Shown: positions 33,059-40,916 of the stretch, piece by piece | How the letters are laid out: each line of letters begins with the position of its first letter | Position numbering within the stretch: the stretch's first letter is position 1 | Source: an uncultured Kofleriaceae bacterium | GTDB lineage: Bacteria; Myxococcota_A; Polyangia; GCA-2747355; CAZCFB01 | Assembly: GCA_964497805.1 (NCBI GenBank) | Contig: CAZCFB010000007.1 | Location: 11,849-75,848, forward strand | Length of the DNA stretch: 64,000 nucleotides | Direction of reading: 5' to 3' | The notes under the pieces: model-generated | What the model was told of the DNA's origin: nothing | Seen by the model: the letters and a program-made list of their open reading frames with translations, nothing else | Databases searched by the model: none | Translations under genes and position numbers: made by a program

Positions 33059-34609
33059 ATGAAAAGCCTACACACCATCTCCTTGATCCTGGCCGTCGCC
33101 GCCGCTGGTTGCGGTGAGGCCGAGGATTACAACCCGGCCGCGGGCGCCTTCAAGGTGACCTGGACCGCCGGCAGCCCGCCTCCAACAAACTCCGCGGCCA
33201 ACCCGCGGGCCTTCTCCGCCACGGAGGAGACCTTCACCGTGGACATCCAGGCCCTGCGCCACGACAGGGCGGGCCAGGTGAGCACCGACGGGTACAACGG
33301 CTACGTGATGCTCAAGGCCATGCCCACGGGCAAGCTGAACCGGGATCCCTTTACCGTGGAGCTCAAGAACGGCAAGGCCACCGGCATCAAGGTGGGCCTG
33401 AGCCTGGCCTATGGCCATGTGCGGCTGGTGGCCGTGGACCCGGGCTACAAGGAGGCCAAGGTGCTGGCCGACGCCGCCTGTAACAACGGCAAGGACGACG
33501 ACGGCGACGGCTACATCGACTCCGAGGACCGGGGCTGCCTGGTGGGCGGCGACGACAGCGAGGAGGGCGGCACCGGCGCGGCGGGCGCGTCCCCCACCAT
33601 CTACTACGCCAACCCGCGCCTGTACGACATCCAGAACCCGGCGGTCCCTGGCGCCGTGGGCGACGAGTCGCCCCTCAACGGCCAGCGGGTCACCGTGGAC
33701 AAGGGCTGGCTCCTGGTGACGAACCTCTCCTCGGACGGTCTGTACGTCACCGACTTCGAGGGGGCCAAGTGGAACGCCACATCCAAGGTATGGAAGATCG
33801 CCGCCCAGGACCTCTCCTACGACCACATGTTCGCCTTCAACTTCAACGTGCCCCTTAACCTGCAGGTGGGCGACTGCCTGGTGGAACTGGACGGCAAGGT
33901 GGAGGAGTTCTTCGGCTACACCGAGATGGGCTTCCCCAACTGGAAGAAGGGGGACAACAAGTTCTGCTATGCCAAGGCAAAGGCCGGGGGCATGGCCGCC
34001 TGCCCCACGGACGGCACCTACAACAAGGATTGCTGGGACGCCATCAAGAAGCTGGCCAGCACCCCGGTGGACCTGTCCAAGCCCGTGGACATCACCGACA
34101 AGAACGGCACCACCAAGGTGTGGCCCTTCAAGGACCTGACCACCACCGAGCGGTGGGAGGCGGGCCTGGTGCAGGTGTCCAACGTGAAGCTCTTCTCCAA
34201 GGCCAGGATCTGCGATCGAAACGGCAACGGCGAGATCGACTTCAACGATCCCAACGACCCCTCGGGCGCGGAGAAGAACTGCGCCAACGGGTGCGGCGAC
34301 GACGAGACCTGCATCGTCAACGAGCAGTTCCAGGAGTACAGCCAGTGGTCGGTGAACTTCAAGGCGTCCCTGGGCGGCGTGGACTACAAGCAGGAGGTGT
34401 CCGTGACCTCGGGTGGCTCCATCCCCAACTGGAACGCCATGAAGGGGTGTGACTTCAAGAAATCCTCCGACGGCCTGAGCTGCACCCGGGCCACTGACAA
34501 GACCCTGACCAAGGTGCTGGGCACCATGCGCTCGTTCCGTTACGGCCGGCCGCCCTGGATCATCCAGACCCGCTCCCCGGCCGACTGCCCTGACTGCGTC
34601 AACAAGTAG
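33059..34609 (+). CDS. Lipoprotein with a MopE-type Cys/Asp metal-binding motif
   Basis: The ATG at 33059 (SD 'GAGGA') gives 'MKSLHTISLILAVAAAGC'. 'CNNGKDDDGDGYIDSEDRGC' matches the putative metal-binding (MopE/thrombospondin-type-3-like) motif common in myxobacteria. The rest is not recognised. Confidence 0.6.
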   Translation: MKSLHTISLILAVAAAGCGEAEDYNPAAGAFKVTWTAGSPPPTNSAANPRAFSATEETFTVDIQALRHDRAGQVSTDGYNGYVMLKAMPTGKLNRDPFTVELKNGKATGIKVGLSLAYGHVRLVAVDPGYKEAKVLADAACNNGKDDDGDGYIDSEDRGCLVGGDDSEEGGTGAAGASPTIYYANPRLYDIQNPAVPGAVGDESPLNGQRVTVDKGWLLVTNLSSDGLYVTDFEGAKWNATSKVWKIAAQDLSYDHMFAFNFNVPLNLQVGDCLVELDGKVEEFFGYTEMGFPNWKKGDNKFCYAKAKAGGMAACPTDGTYNKDCWDAIKKLASTPVDLSKPVDITDKNGTTKVWPFKDLTTTERWEAGLVQVSNVKLFSKARICDRNGNGEIDFNDPNDPSGAEKNCANGCGDDETCIVNEQFQEYSQWSVNFKASLGGVDYKQEVSVTSGGSIPNWNAMKGCDFKKSSDGLSCTRATDKTLTKVLGTMRSFRYGRPPWIIQTRSPADCPDCVNK

Positions 34610-34618
34610 AGAACTCAA

Positions 34619-36226
34619 ATGATGAGATCGGATAAGGACATGACCCCCAAACGTACCGCCCCAATCACGACTACCCTGGCCGCCCTGGCGGCGCTGATGC
34701 TCTACGCGTCCCCGGCCGTTGCCAACGACTGGATCGACACCCGCATCACCTACACCATCGGTGATGACAACTTCCTCAAGGACGCCGGCGAGCAGGTGCC
34801 AGACTCCCCCCTGCTCAGCGTGGGCGACCGGGACGGCTACCAGCTCCCCTTCGACAACCTGGACCTGGCCTCAACCGGGCGCGAGAACGAGCTGCACCTG
34901 GTGCTCTACAAGAAGGTGACCGGGATCCTGCCCGGGCTGATAACCGAGGCCGCGGCCGCCCTTGAGCTGGACCTCGAGGCCCTGGCAAAGGAGGAGAGCA
35001 TAGGCCGGGTGCTCAAGGACGACTCCTCCTACATCCGCATCGCCTACGCCCTGGACGAGCTGCGCAAGGGGTCCGAGTACATCGACATCGTGCTCTTCCC
35101 CCTGGACGGCGACCGGTTCCGCGCGGGCTACCTCTACGACCTCACCTGGGGCGGCTCTGATATGTTCCCCGGCAAGAAGGGCCCCTCACCGGCGTTCAAG
35201 ATCGGCGGCAACCACGGCTTCATGTACTGGTGGGCCGGCATGAAGATGGTGCAGGGCGAGCTCCCCACCAAGTACGACAAGAGCGTGAGCGGCACCGAGC
35301 ACTCGGTCACCGAGCACGAGACCCTGTACAGCGGCCTGGCGGGCCTGGGCTTCCAGCCCATCGACGGGTTGAGCATCGACGTGAGCGGCGGCTACGTGCA
35401 GCAGGCCCACAACCAGCTGCGCGACATCGCGGCCACCACCGTGGACGCGGCGGGCGGCTCGGCGCGGCTCGCCTACGGCCGGGGCCTCAAGGTGGGCCTC
35501 TCCTCGGACCTGAAGCTGCTGCGTAATGACCGTGAGTTCCTGGAGAACCTCTCCCGCCGGCCCACCTACAAGACCGACGACAGCGTGAACTGGCGCGTGG
35601 CGGCGGAGGGCAACGTCATCGCCCAGACCCTTGCCGATCCGGACAAGGCCGGCTCCACCACGGTGCAGCTCGCCTCGGCCGCGGCCCTGGACTTCCGCCT
35701 GCAGCGCAACTACCTGCGCCTCAACGCCACCGTGGTGTACCGCAGCCTGGAGTTCAACCTGATGAACAAGCCGGGCCTGCCCACGTACGTGGCCTTCTCC
35801 GACGATCAGATCATCCAGCCCCAGATCTTCGGCGCTGTTTCGCTGGACTACCACTTCCCCAAGCTCTGGCTCACCCCGGGGATCCAGGCCGGCGTGGAGA
35901 TGCCGCCCGCAATGAAGACCGAGCTCTACTCCACCGACGCGGGAAGCACCCCCTCCACCAACCTGATCGGAACCTACACTGTGATCGTGGGCAGCGACGG
36001 GGAGTACCGGATCTTGCCCGAGGACGAGGACCGCGTGCCAGTCTACTCGGTGCGCCTCAACGCGCGCTGGTACCCGTCGGACATGCTCACCATTTTGGCC
36101 TTCTTCCTGTTCGAGTACGACCACAACGCGGCTGTGCTTGATTTCGCGGCCGACCAGACCAAAACCCGGACCTTCGACGAGCCGGTGCGCATCGGCGCGG
36201 GCATCACGGCGCAGGCGCGGTTCTAA
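34619..36226 (+). CDS. Probable outer-membrane beta-barrel protein
   Basis: Signal peptide 'LAALAALMLYASPAVA'. Alternating beta-strand-like pattern throughout, and a C-terminal 'GAGITAQARF' ending in Phe, which is an OMP-type beta-signal. Confidence 0.55.
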   Translation: MMRSDKDMTPKRTAPITTTLAALAALMLYASPAVANDWIDTRITYTIGDDNFLKDAGEQVPDSPLLSVGDRDGYQLPFDNLDLASTGRENELHLVLYKKVTGILPGLITEAAAALELDLEALAKEESIGRVLKDDSSYIRIAYALDELRKGSEYIDIVLFPLDGDRFRAGYLYDLTWGGSDMFPGKKGPSPAFKIGGNHGFMYWWAGMKMVQGELPTKYDKSVSGTEHSVTEHETLYSGLAGLGFQPIDGLSIDVSGGYVQQAHNQLRDIAATTVDAAGGSARLAYGRGLKVGLSSDLKLLRNDREFLENLSRRPTYKTDDSVNWRVAAEGNVIAQTLADPDKAGSTTVQLASAAALDFRLQRNYLRLNATVVYRSLEFNLMNKPGLPTYVAFSDDQIIQPQIFGAVSLDYHFPKLWLTPGIQAGVEMPPAMKTELYSTDAGSTPSTNLIGTYTVIVGSDGEYRILPEDEDRVPVYSVRLNARWYPSDMLTILAFFLFEYDHNAAVLDFAADQTKTRTFDEPVRIGAGITAQARF

Positions 36227-36227
36227 G

Positions 36228-37169
36228 ATGAGCGCGGCAAGCGACGTCCTCGCCCTGGACCTGGGGGGCTCAAAGCTGGCCCTGGCCACGGTGAGCCGCA
36301 CGGGGGACCTGACCCGGCACGAGCGCAAGCCAACGGCGGAGGTGCCGGACGGGGATGCTCTCGTGGCGTGGGTGGCGGAGCAGACCACGGCCTGGGGCAT
36401 GGAGCCCCTGGGGCTGGGCATCAGCGCCGGCGGCCCCCTGGACGATGTGGAGGGATGCATCACCTCCTGGCCCCGCATGGAGCACCTTTGGGCATACCCC
36501 CTGGGCGAGAAGCTCAAGGCGGCCATCCCCTCGCTCGCCTCGGTGAAGCTGGTCAACGACGCCAACGCGGCGTGCGCGGGGGAGGCGGTGTTCGGCGCGG
36601 CGCGGGGGCTGAAGCGCGCCATCTACATCACGGTCTCCACCGGCGTGGGGGGCGGCGCGGTGGTGGGGGGGCTGCTGCTGCGCGGGGAGCGGGGCAACGC
36701 CGCCGAGTTTGGCCACATGATCGTGGATCCCAACGGCCCCATGTGTGATTGCGGCCAGCAGGGCTGCCTGGAGGCGGTCTCCTCTGGCTCGGGGCTCTTC
36801 CGCCGGGCGGTGGAGGCGGGCATGGTGGACCCAGAGGAGATGGGCTGGGCCGAGATGGGCTACTGGCTGGCCGAGCGCCTGGAGCAGGGGGACGCCGGCG
36901 CCGAGGGGCTGTGGGAGCGGGCCCTGGACGGCCTGGCCGTGGGCATCACCAACCTGTACAACGCCTTCGTGCCCCAGGCCATCGTGCTGGGCGGCGGGCT
37001 GTGTGGGCTGGTTCAGCAGGACGAGGAGCGGCTGCGGGCCCTGCTGGAGAAGCGGGCTCGGCTCATGCCCCTGCCCCAGGGGGTGGTGCGCTTCTCCCTG
37101 AACCGGGACACGATCCCCCTGCTGGGCGTGGCGGCAGTGGCCGGAGGGTGGATTGGTCAGGAAGCGTAG
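36228..37169 (+). CDS. ROK-family sugar kinase (glucokinase / N-acetylhexosamine kinase type)
   Basis: The ATG at 36228 lies 1 nt after the preceding stop. 'VLALDLGGSKLALA', 'NDANAACAGE', 'ITVSTGVGGG', the ROK zinc motif 'CDCGQQGCLEAVSSG' and 'IVLGGG'. I reject the track ORF's 30-codon Arg-rich extension. Confidence 0.85.
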   Translation: MSAASDVLALDLGGSKLALATVSRTGDLTRHERKPTAEVPDGDALVAWVAEQTTAWGMEPLGLGISAGGPLDDVEGCITSWPRMEHLWAYPLGEKLKAAIPSLASVKLVNDANAACAGEAVFGAARGLKRAIYITVSTGVGGGAVVGGLLLRGERGNAAEFGHMIVDPNGPMCDCGQQGCLEAVSSGSGLFRRAVEAGMVDPEEMGWAEMGYWLAERLEQGDAGAEGLWERALDGLAVGITNLYNAFVPQAIVLGGGLCGLVQQDEERLRALLEKRARLMPLPQGVVRFSLNRDTIPLLGVAAVAGGWIGQEA

Positions 37170-37201
37170 GGTAGACTCGGGGCCTGAATTGGAGGCGTAG
37201 C

Positions 37202-37477
37202 GTGTACCTCGGAAGAGTCATGGGCACGGTGGTTGCCGAGAAGAAGATCGAGGGGACAGAGGGCTTCAAGTTCCTCATTGTCCAGCCCCTGGATCACAAC
37301 GAACAACCCACCGGCGACCCCATCGTGGCCGCGGACACGGTCCGGGCCGGCCCCGGCGAGCTGGTCTACCTGACCCACGCGCGGGAGGCGGCCCAGGCGT
37401 GCGAGCCCTGGTTCGTGCCGGTGGACGCCGCCATCATCGGCATCGTGGACAGCGTGGACACGGACGACGAATCATGA
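37202..37477 (+). CDS. Bacterial microcompartment vertex protein, BMC-P (EutN/CcmL family), paralog 1
   Basis: 'MYLGRVMGTVVAEKK..EGTEGFKFLIVQPLD....GDPIVAADTVRAGPGELVYL....PVDAAIIGIVDSV' fits the PF03319 pattern. 91 aa, GTG start with a 'GGAGG' SD. Confidence 0.85.
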   Translation: MYLGRVMGTVVAEKKIEGTEGFKFLIVQPLDHNEQPTGDPIVAADTVRAGPGELVYLTHAREAAQACEPWFVPVDAAIIGIVDSVDTDDES

Positions 37478-37743
37478 AGATCTGTCGCGTACTCGGCACC
37501 GTCACCTCCACCGCCAAGCAGCCGGTCTACGAGGGCCAGAAGCTCATGGTGGTGCAGCCCCTCAACGCGGACCTGGAGAACGAGGGGCACTCCTACCTGG
37601 CCGTGGACCGGGTGCAGGCAGGGGTGGGCGACCTGGTCATGGTCAACTCCGAGGGGAACGCGGCCCGCTCCCTGTTCAACCGCGAGGTCATCTGCATCCG
37701 CTCCCTGATCACAGGCATCATCGATGAGGTGGACGTCCCGTGA
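37474..37743 (+). CDS. Bacterial microcompartment vertex protein, BMC-P (EutN/CcmL family), paralog 2
   Basis: The internal ATG at 37474 (ATGA overlap) gives 'MKICRVLGTVTSTAKQPVYEGQKLMVVQPLN....YLAVDRVQAGVGDLVMV...RSLITGIIDEVD'. 89 aa, PF03319 pattern. Confidence 0.85.
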   Translation: MKICRVLGTVTSTAKQPVYEGQKLMVVQPLNADLENEGHSYLAVDRVQAGVGDLVMVNSEGNAARSLFNREVICIRSLITGIIDEVDVP

Positions 37744-38498
37744 GGCGAATGAGCGAGGCTGATCAGCGCCGGGAGCTCCACCACTACAGCGTGCGCCTCT
37801 GGGAGAGGGGGTGGGTGGCCAACCACGACGGGAACCTGTCGGCGCGGCTCCCCCGGGCGCGCCTCATGTGCACGCCCACGGCCATGTCCAAGGCGGACAT
37901 CGAGGCCGACATGATGCTGGTGCTGGATGACACCGGCAAGAAGCTGCAGGGGGAGCGCAAGCCCTTCTCCGAGATCAACCTGCACCTGGCCTGGTACCAC
38001 GCCCGCCCCGACGTGGGGGCGGTGATCCACGCCCACCCGGTCACCGCCACCGCCCTGGGCGTGTCGGGCAAGTCCCTGGACAGGCCCTTTTTGCCAGAGG
38101 CCGTGGTGAGCCTGGGGCCCATCATCCCCACTGTGCCCATGGCCATGCCGGGGCAGGAGGCGGTGCAGGCGGCCGCGCCCTACCTGGACGAGTACGACGC
38201 CCTGATCCTGGCGGGCAACGGGGTGATCACCTGTGGCCCCGACCTGGAGCTGGCCTACCTGCGCATGGAGCTGGTGGAGCACCTGGCGCGCATCTACGTG
38301 GAGGCCACCAGGGTGGGCGGCCCGGATCCGCTGCCGCCCCGCTTCCTGCAGCCCCTGCTGGCGGCCAGGGCAAAGGCGGGCCTGGGCCCCGAGGCCAGGG
38401 GCGGGCAGACCACCCGGCCCACTGATGCCCCCGCCGGCGCGGAAGGCGATCTGGCGACCATCATCAAGTCGGAGATCGGCAAGATCCTCGGCGGGTAG
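37740..38498 (+). CDS. Class II aldolase/adducin-family protein with a C-terminal linker and amphipathic helix
   Basis: 'LWERGWVANHDGNLSARL', 'FSEINLHLAWY' (catalytic Glu region) and 'VIHAHPVTATAL' (two Zn-ligand His). Either GTG at 37740 overlaps the BMC-P stop (GTGA) or the ATG at 37749 is the start. The tail is 'GLGPEARGGQTTRPTDAPAGAEG-DLATIIKSEIGKILGG'. Confidence 0.85.
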   Translation: MRRMSEADQRRELHHYSVRLWERGWVANHDGNLSARLPRARLMCTPTAMSKADIEADMMLVLDDTGKKLQGERKPFSEINLHLAWYHARPDVGAVIHAHPVTATALGVSGKSLDRPFLPEAVVSLGPIIPTVPMAMPGQEAVQAAAPYLDEYDALILAGNGVITCGPDLELAYLRMELVEHLARIYVEATRVGGPDPLPPRFLQPLLAARAKAGLGPEARGGQTTRPTDAPAGAEGDLATIIKSEIGKILGG

Positions 38499-38505
38499 CT
38501 TTTCA

Positions 38506-39633
38506 ATGAGAAATGCCTTCATCGCGCTGCTGGTCCTTGTCACGGCATGCGGCGAGGAGGATCCGTCCGGCCAGGCGCCGGATCCCATCAAGGAGATCGT
38601 CGCCGGGGTGGTGAAGCCGTACGTGGATCCGGCCGCGGCGCTCACCGACGCGAGCAAGACCGTGGGCCTGGTGGTGGCGGCCCTGGGCGAGGCAGGGGAG
38701 GGGACCTACGGCTTCGGGGAGACCAGCGCGGGCAGCGGGGTCATCCCCGACGGGGACACCGTCTTCCAGATAGGTTCGGTGAGCAAGGCGCTCACCGGGT
38801 TGATCCTGGCCCAGCAGGTGGCGGAGGGCGGGCTCGCTCGGAGCGCGCTGGTGGAGGCGCTGTTGCCGGCCCTGGCTGGATCCAACGGCACGAAGAAGGT
38901 CACCCTCGGCATGCTCGCCGCCCACCACTCGGGCCTGGAGAGCATGCCCACCAACCTGCCCAAGAATGACCCCATCAGCCCGGCCACTGGCTACACCCTT
39001 GCCGCGCTCAAGACCTACCTCTTCGGGCTCGCCGCCCCCGTGGCCGCGGGGAAGGCGTACAAGTACTCCAACCTCGGCATCGGCCTGCTCGGCCTCGGGC
39101 TTGAGAAGCAGCTCAAGGTGACGGGGTACAACGCGCTCCTGGTCGCCACCCTGAGAAAGGAGCTGGGGATAACGGACCTGTGGGGGCAGGTAAACAAGCT
39201 GCCCGCTCTGGCCATGTCACGCCTGGCCCAGGGGTACGCCAACAAGGGGACCGCCCGGGTGGCAGGACACCCCGGGCAAATGGGGGTGCTGGCCGGCGCC
39301 GGCGAGGCGCTGACCACGGGCAAGATCGCGCTGCTCTTGCTGGAGACCTTCACCGGCCAGCGCGCCGGGGCCCTGGACGCGGCCGTTGCCGAGTGGGTCA
39401 AGCCCATCAAGCCCATGACCGGGGGAGACAGCATCGCCTACGCCCTGGAGGTCCAGCCCGACGGAGGCGGCCACATCTACAAGAAGGCAGGCAACACCGC
39501 GGGCGGCTACTCCGCCTACCTGGCCTTCCGCCGGGACAAGAAGGTGGGCGTGTTCGTCATGGCCAACGTTGCCTCGTTCAAGGGCGTCAAGACCATGGCC
39601 CTGACCATCCTGGAGAAGCTGGCGGCTCAGTGA
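38506..39633 (+). CDS. Lipoprotein, beta-lactamase-related serine hydrolase (class C / PBP4*-like fold)
   Basis: The ATG at 38506 gives 'MRNAFIALLVLVTAC'. SxxK 'FQIGSVSKALTG', YxN 'YKYSNLG' and a KTG-like 'YKKAGNTAGG'. I reject the track ORF's 91-codon extension, which overlaps the aldolase. Confidence 0.8.
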   Translation: MRNAFIALLVLVTACGEEDPSGQAPDPIKEIVAGVVKPYVDPAAALTDASKTVGLVVAALGEAGEGTYGFGETSAGSGVIPDGDTVFQIGSVSKALTGLILAQQVAEGGLARSALVEALLPALAGSNGTKKVTLGMLAAHHSGLESMPTNLPKNDPISPATGYTLAALKTYLFGLAAPVAAGKAYKYSNLGIGLLGLGLEKQLKVTGYNALLVATLRKELGITDLWGQVNKLPALAMSRLAQGYANKGTARVAGHPGQMGVLAGAGEALTTGKIALLLLETFTGQRAGALDAAVAEWVKPIKPMTGGDSIAYALEVQPDGGGHIYKKAGNTAGGYSAYLAFRRDKKVGVFVMANVASFKGVKTMALTILEKLAAQ

Positions 39634-40072
39634 ACCGACTGGTCCTGGGGTGACATGTCCGGCTTAGGGTTGCAGACCGCGCAGCCAGAGAACTTGTAGC
39701 GCGGCCGGGTACAGCCAGTGACCGGGTCGGTGTCCTCGGACTTACAGCTGAAGTGCACGTGGCACCAGTTGAAGGTTTTCGGGCGTTCCTTGCAGCCCCA
39801 CTTGAAGTGGAGGCATCCGCAGTGGTTCGTGGTCCAGCCGGTCCAGGCCGACACTACGATGCAGGTGCAGGGCAGGTCGGGGCCTCGGCGGTCGGGCGGC
39901 CACAGGTCCGGAGGCAGGTCCGGGGGGGGGTGAACAAGTCGGGCAGCGTGGACTGGTCGGAGGGGGCGTCGCTGATGGTCAGGTCGGTGGGGGGCGAGCT
40001 CTCGTCGTCGCCGGGGCAGGAAAACAGCGCAATGGCCAGCGGAACAATCCAGATCAAGTTGGCTCGTCTCAT
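39627..40072 (-). pseudogene. Small Cys-rich lipoprotein gene interrupted by a frameshift at a C9 (plus-strand G9) homopolymer
   Basis: The ATG at 40072 (SD 'GGAGAGGGAGGG') gives 'MRRANLIWIVPLAIALFSC...STLPDLFTPP'. That frame stops at 39854. The Cys-rich C-terminal part ('PPPDLPPDLWPPD...CTCIVVSAWTGWTTNHCGCLHFKWGC...') is in the adjacent frame of ORF 39627-40331. One extra C in the run would join the two frames seamlessly. Confidence 0.6.
39922..39930. repeat. G9/C9 homopolymer at the frameshift site
   Basis: Read directly: 'gtccggggggggggtgaac' contains nine consecutive G at 39922-39930. Confidence 0.95.
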
Positions 40073-40112
40073 GGTCCCTCCCTCTCCATGATATGTGCAG
40101 CCAGGGGGCTCG

Positions 40113-40916
40113 ATGGTCCCGGGTGCTAAAATGACGGCTCCCATGTTGCGATCCGTCCTTGCCGTCTTCTCCACGCTGGTGTTGGCCGCCTGCTCGGAGC
40201 AGTCTGCGAGACCTGCTGCGGACGGAGCGCCACAGCCGGACCTCACCATCTCCACACCCGACCAGGCGCCGCCGGTTGATCAGCGGCCGGCCGTGGACCG
40301 GGGCAGGCGCTTTTGCGCCCCACACCTGCACTACTGCGACGGCCCCAATCTATTGAAGTGCTCCCATGACGGCCACGATTTCCTGTTGGTTCGGAGCTGC
40401 AGCGCCAGATGGGGGCTGTCCTCACCGCGTTGTGTGCTCTGCCCGGGCGGCGGCGCGGGGTGCGGGCCTGGCGTCGGGCCGGCGCGGGTGGTCATGACCG
40501 GCCTGGCCAGCTTTGACCTCACCTACCTCCCCGAGTGCGACAAGACCGCCACCTACACCACCACCGGCGGGGGCGGCAAGACGGGTTACATGATGACCTT
40601 CACCTTCAAGTACAAGGGCTTCACCTTCAAGCACACGCTGTATGTCGGCATGGGGAGCAGCAGCGAGATGCTCTCCTTCACAGATGCCACCCGGAGCCTC
40701 TCCTGCGATGTGAGTATCAACAATGCCGGTACCGGATCGCCACCCGGCAAGCTGTACGCCAAGTACTGGAAGGACAGTGACTACAACATCAGCCGCCACC
40801 CCAGACGCTACAGGGGATACGACTACATCAAGTCCCATGGATACATGACCTGCGACAAGGGGAGCACCTGGAAGAAGTTCACCTTCTCGGCGAAGCTGCC
40901 TGGACCGATGTATTAG
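40113..40916 (+). CDS. Hypothetical Cys-containing lipoprotein
   Basis: The ATG at 40113 (SD 'AGGGGG') gives 'MVPGAKMTAPMLRSVLAVFSTLVLAAC'. Alternative starts are at 40095 and 40131. The mature N-terminus 'PDLTISTPDQAPP' resembles that of the divergent frameshifted lipoprotein. The C-terminal half is Tyr/Lys/Thr-rich and beta-like, with locally lower GC. Confidence 0.5.
   Translation: MVPGAKMTAPMLRSVLAVFSTLVLAACSEQSARPAADGAPQPDLTISTPDQAPPVDQRPAVDRGRRFCAPHLHYCDGPNLLKCSHDGHDFLLVRSCSARWGLSSPRCVLCPGGGAGCGPGVGPARVVMTGLASFDLTYLPECDKTATYTTTGGGGKTGYMMTFTFKYKGFTFKHTLYVGMGSSSEMLSFTDATRSLSCDVSINNAGTGSPPGKLYAKYWKDSDYNISRHPRRYRGYDYIKSHGYMTCDKGSTWKKFTFSAKLPGPMY

Noticed and set aside
30930-34618. 709-aa and 516-aa minus-strand ORFs (30930-33059 and 33068-34618)
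   Set aside because: They are antisense to the 5'-nucleotidase, which has a complete metallophosphatase motif set, and to the MopE-motif lipoprotein. The translations are His/Gly/Val/Leu/Ala/Gln-rich with no signal peptide or motif.
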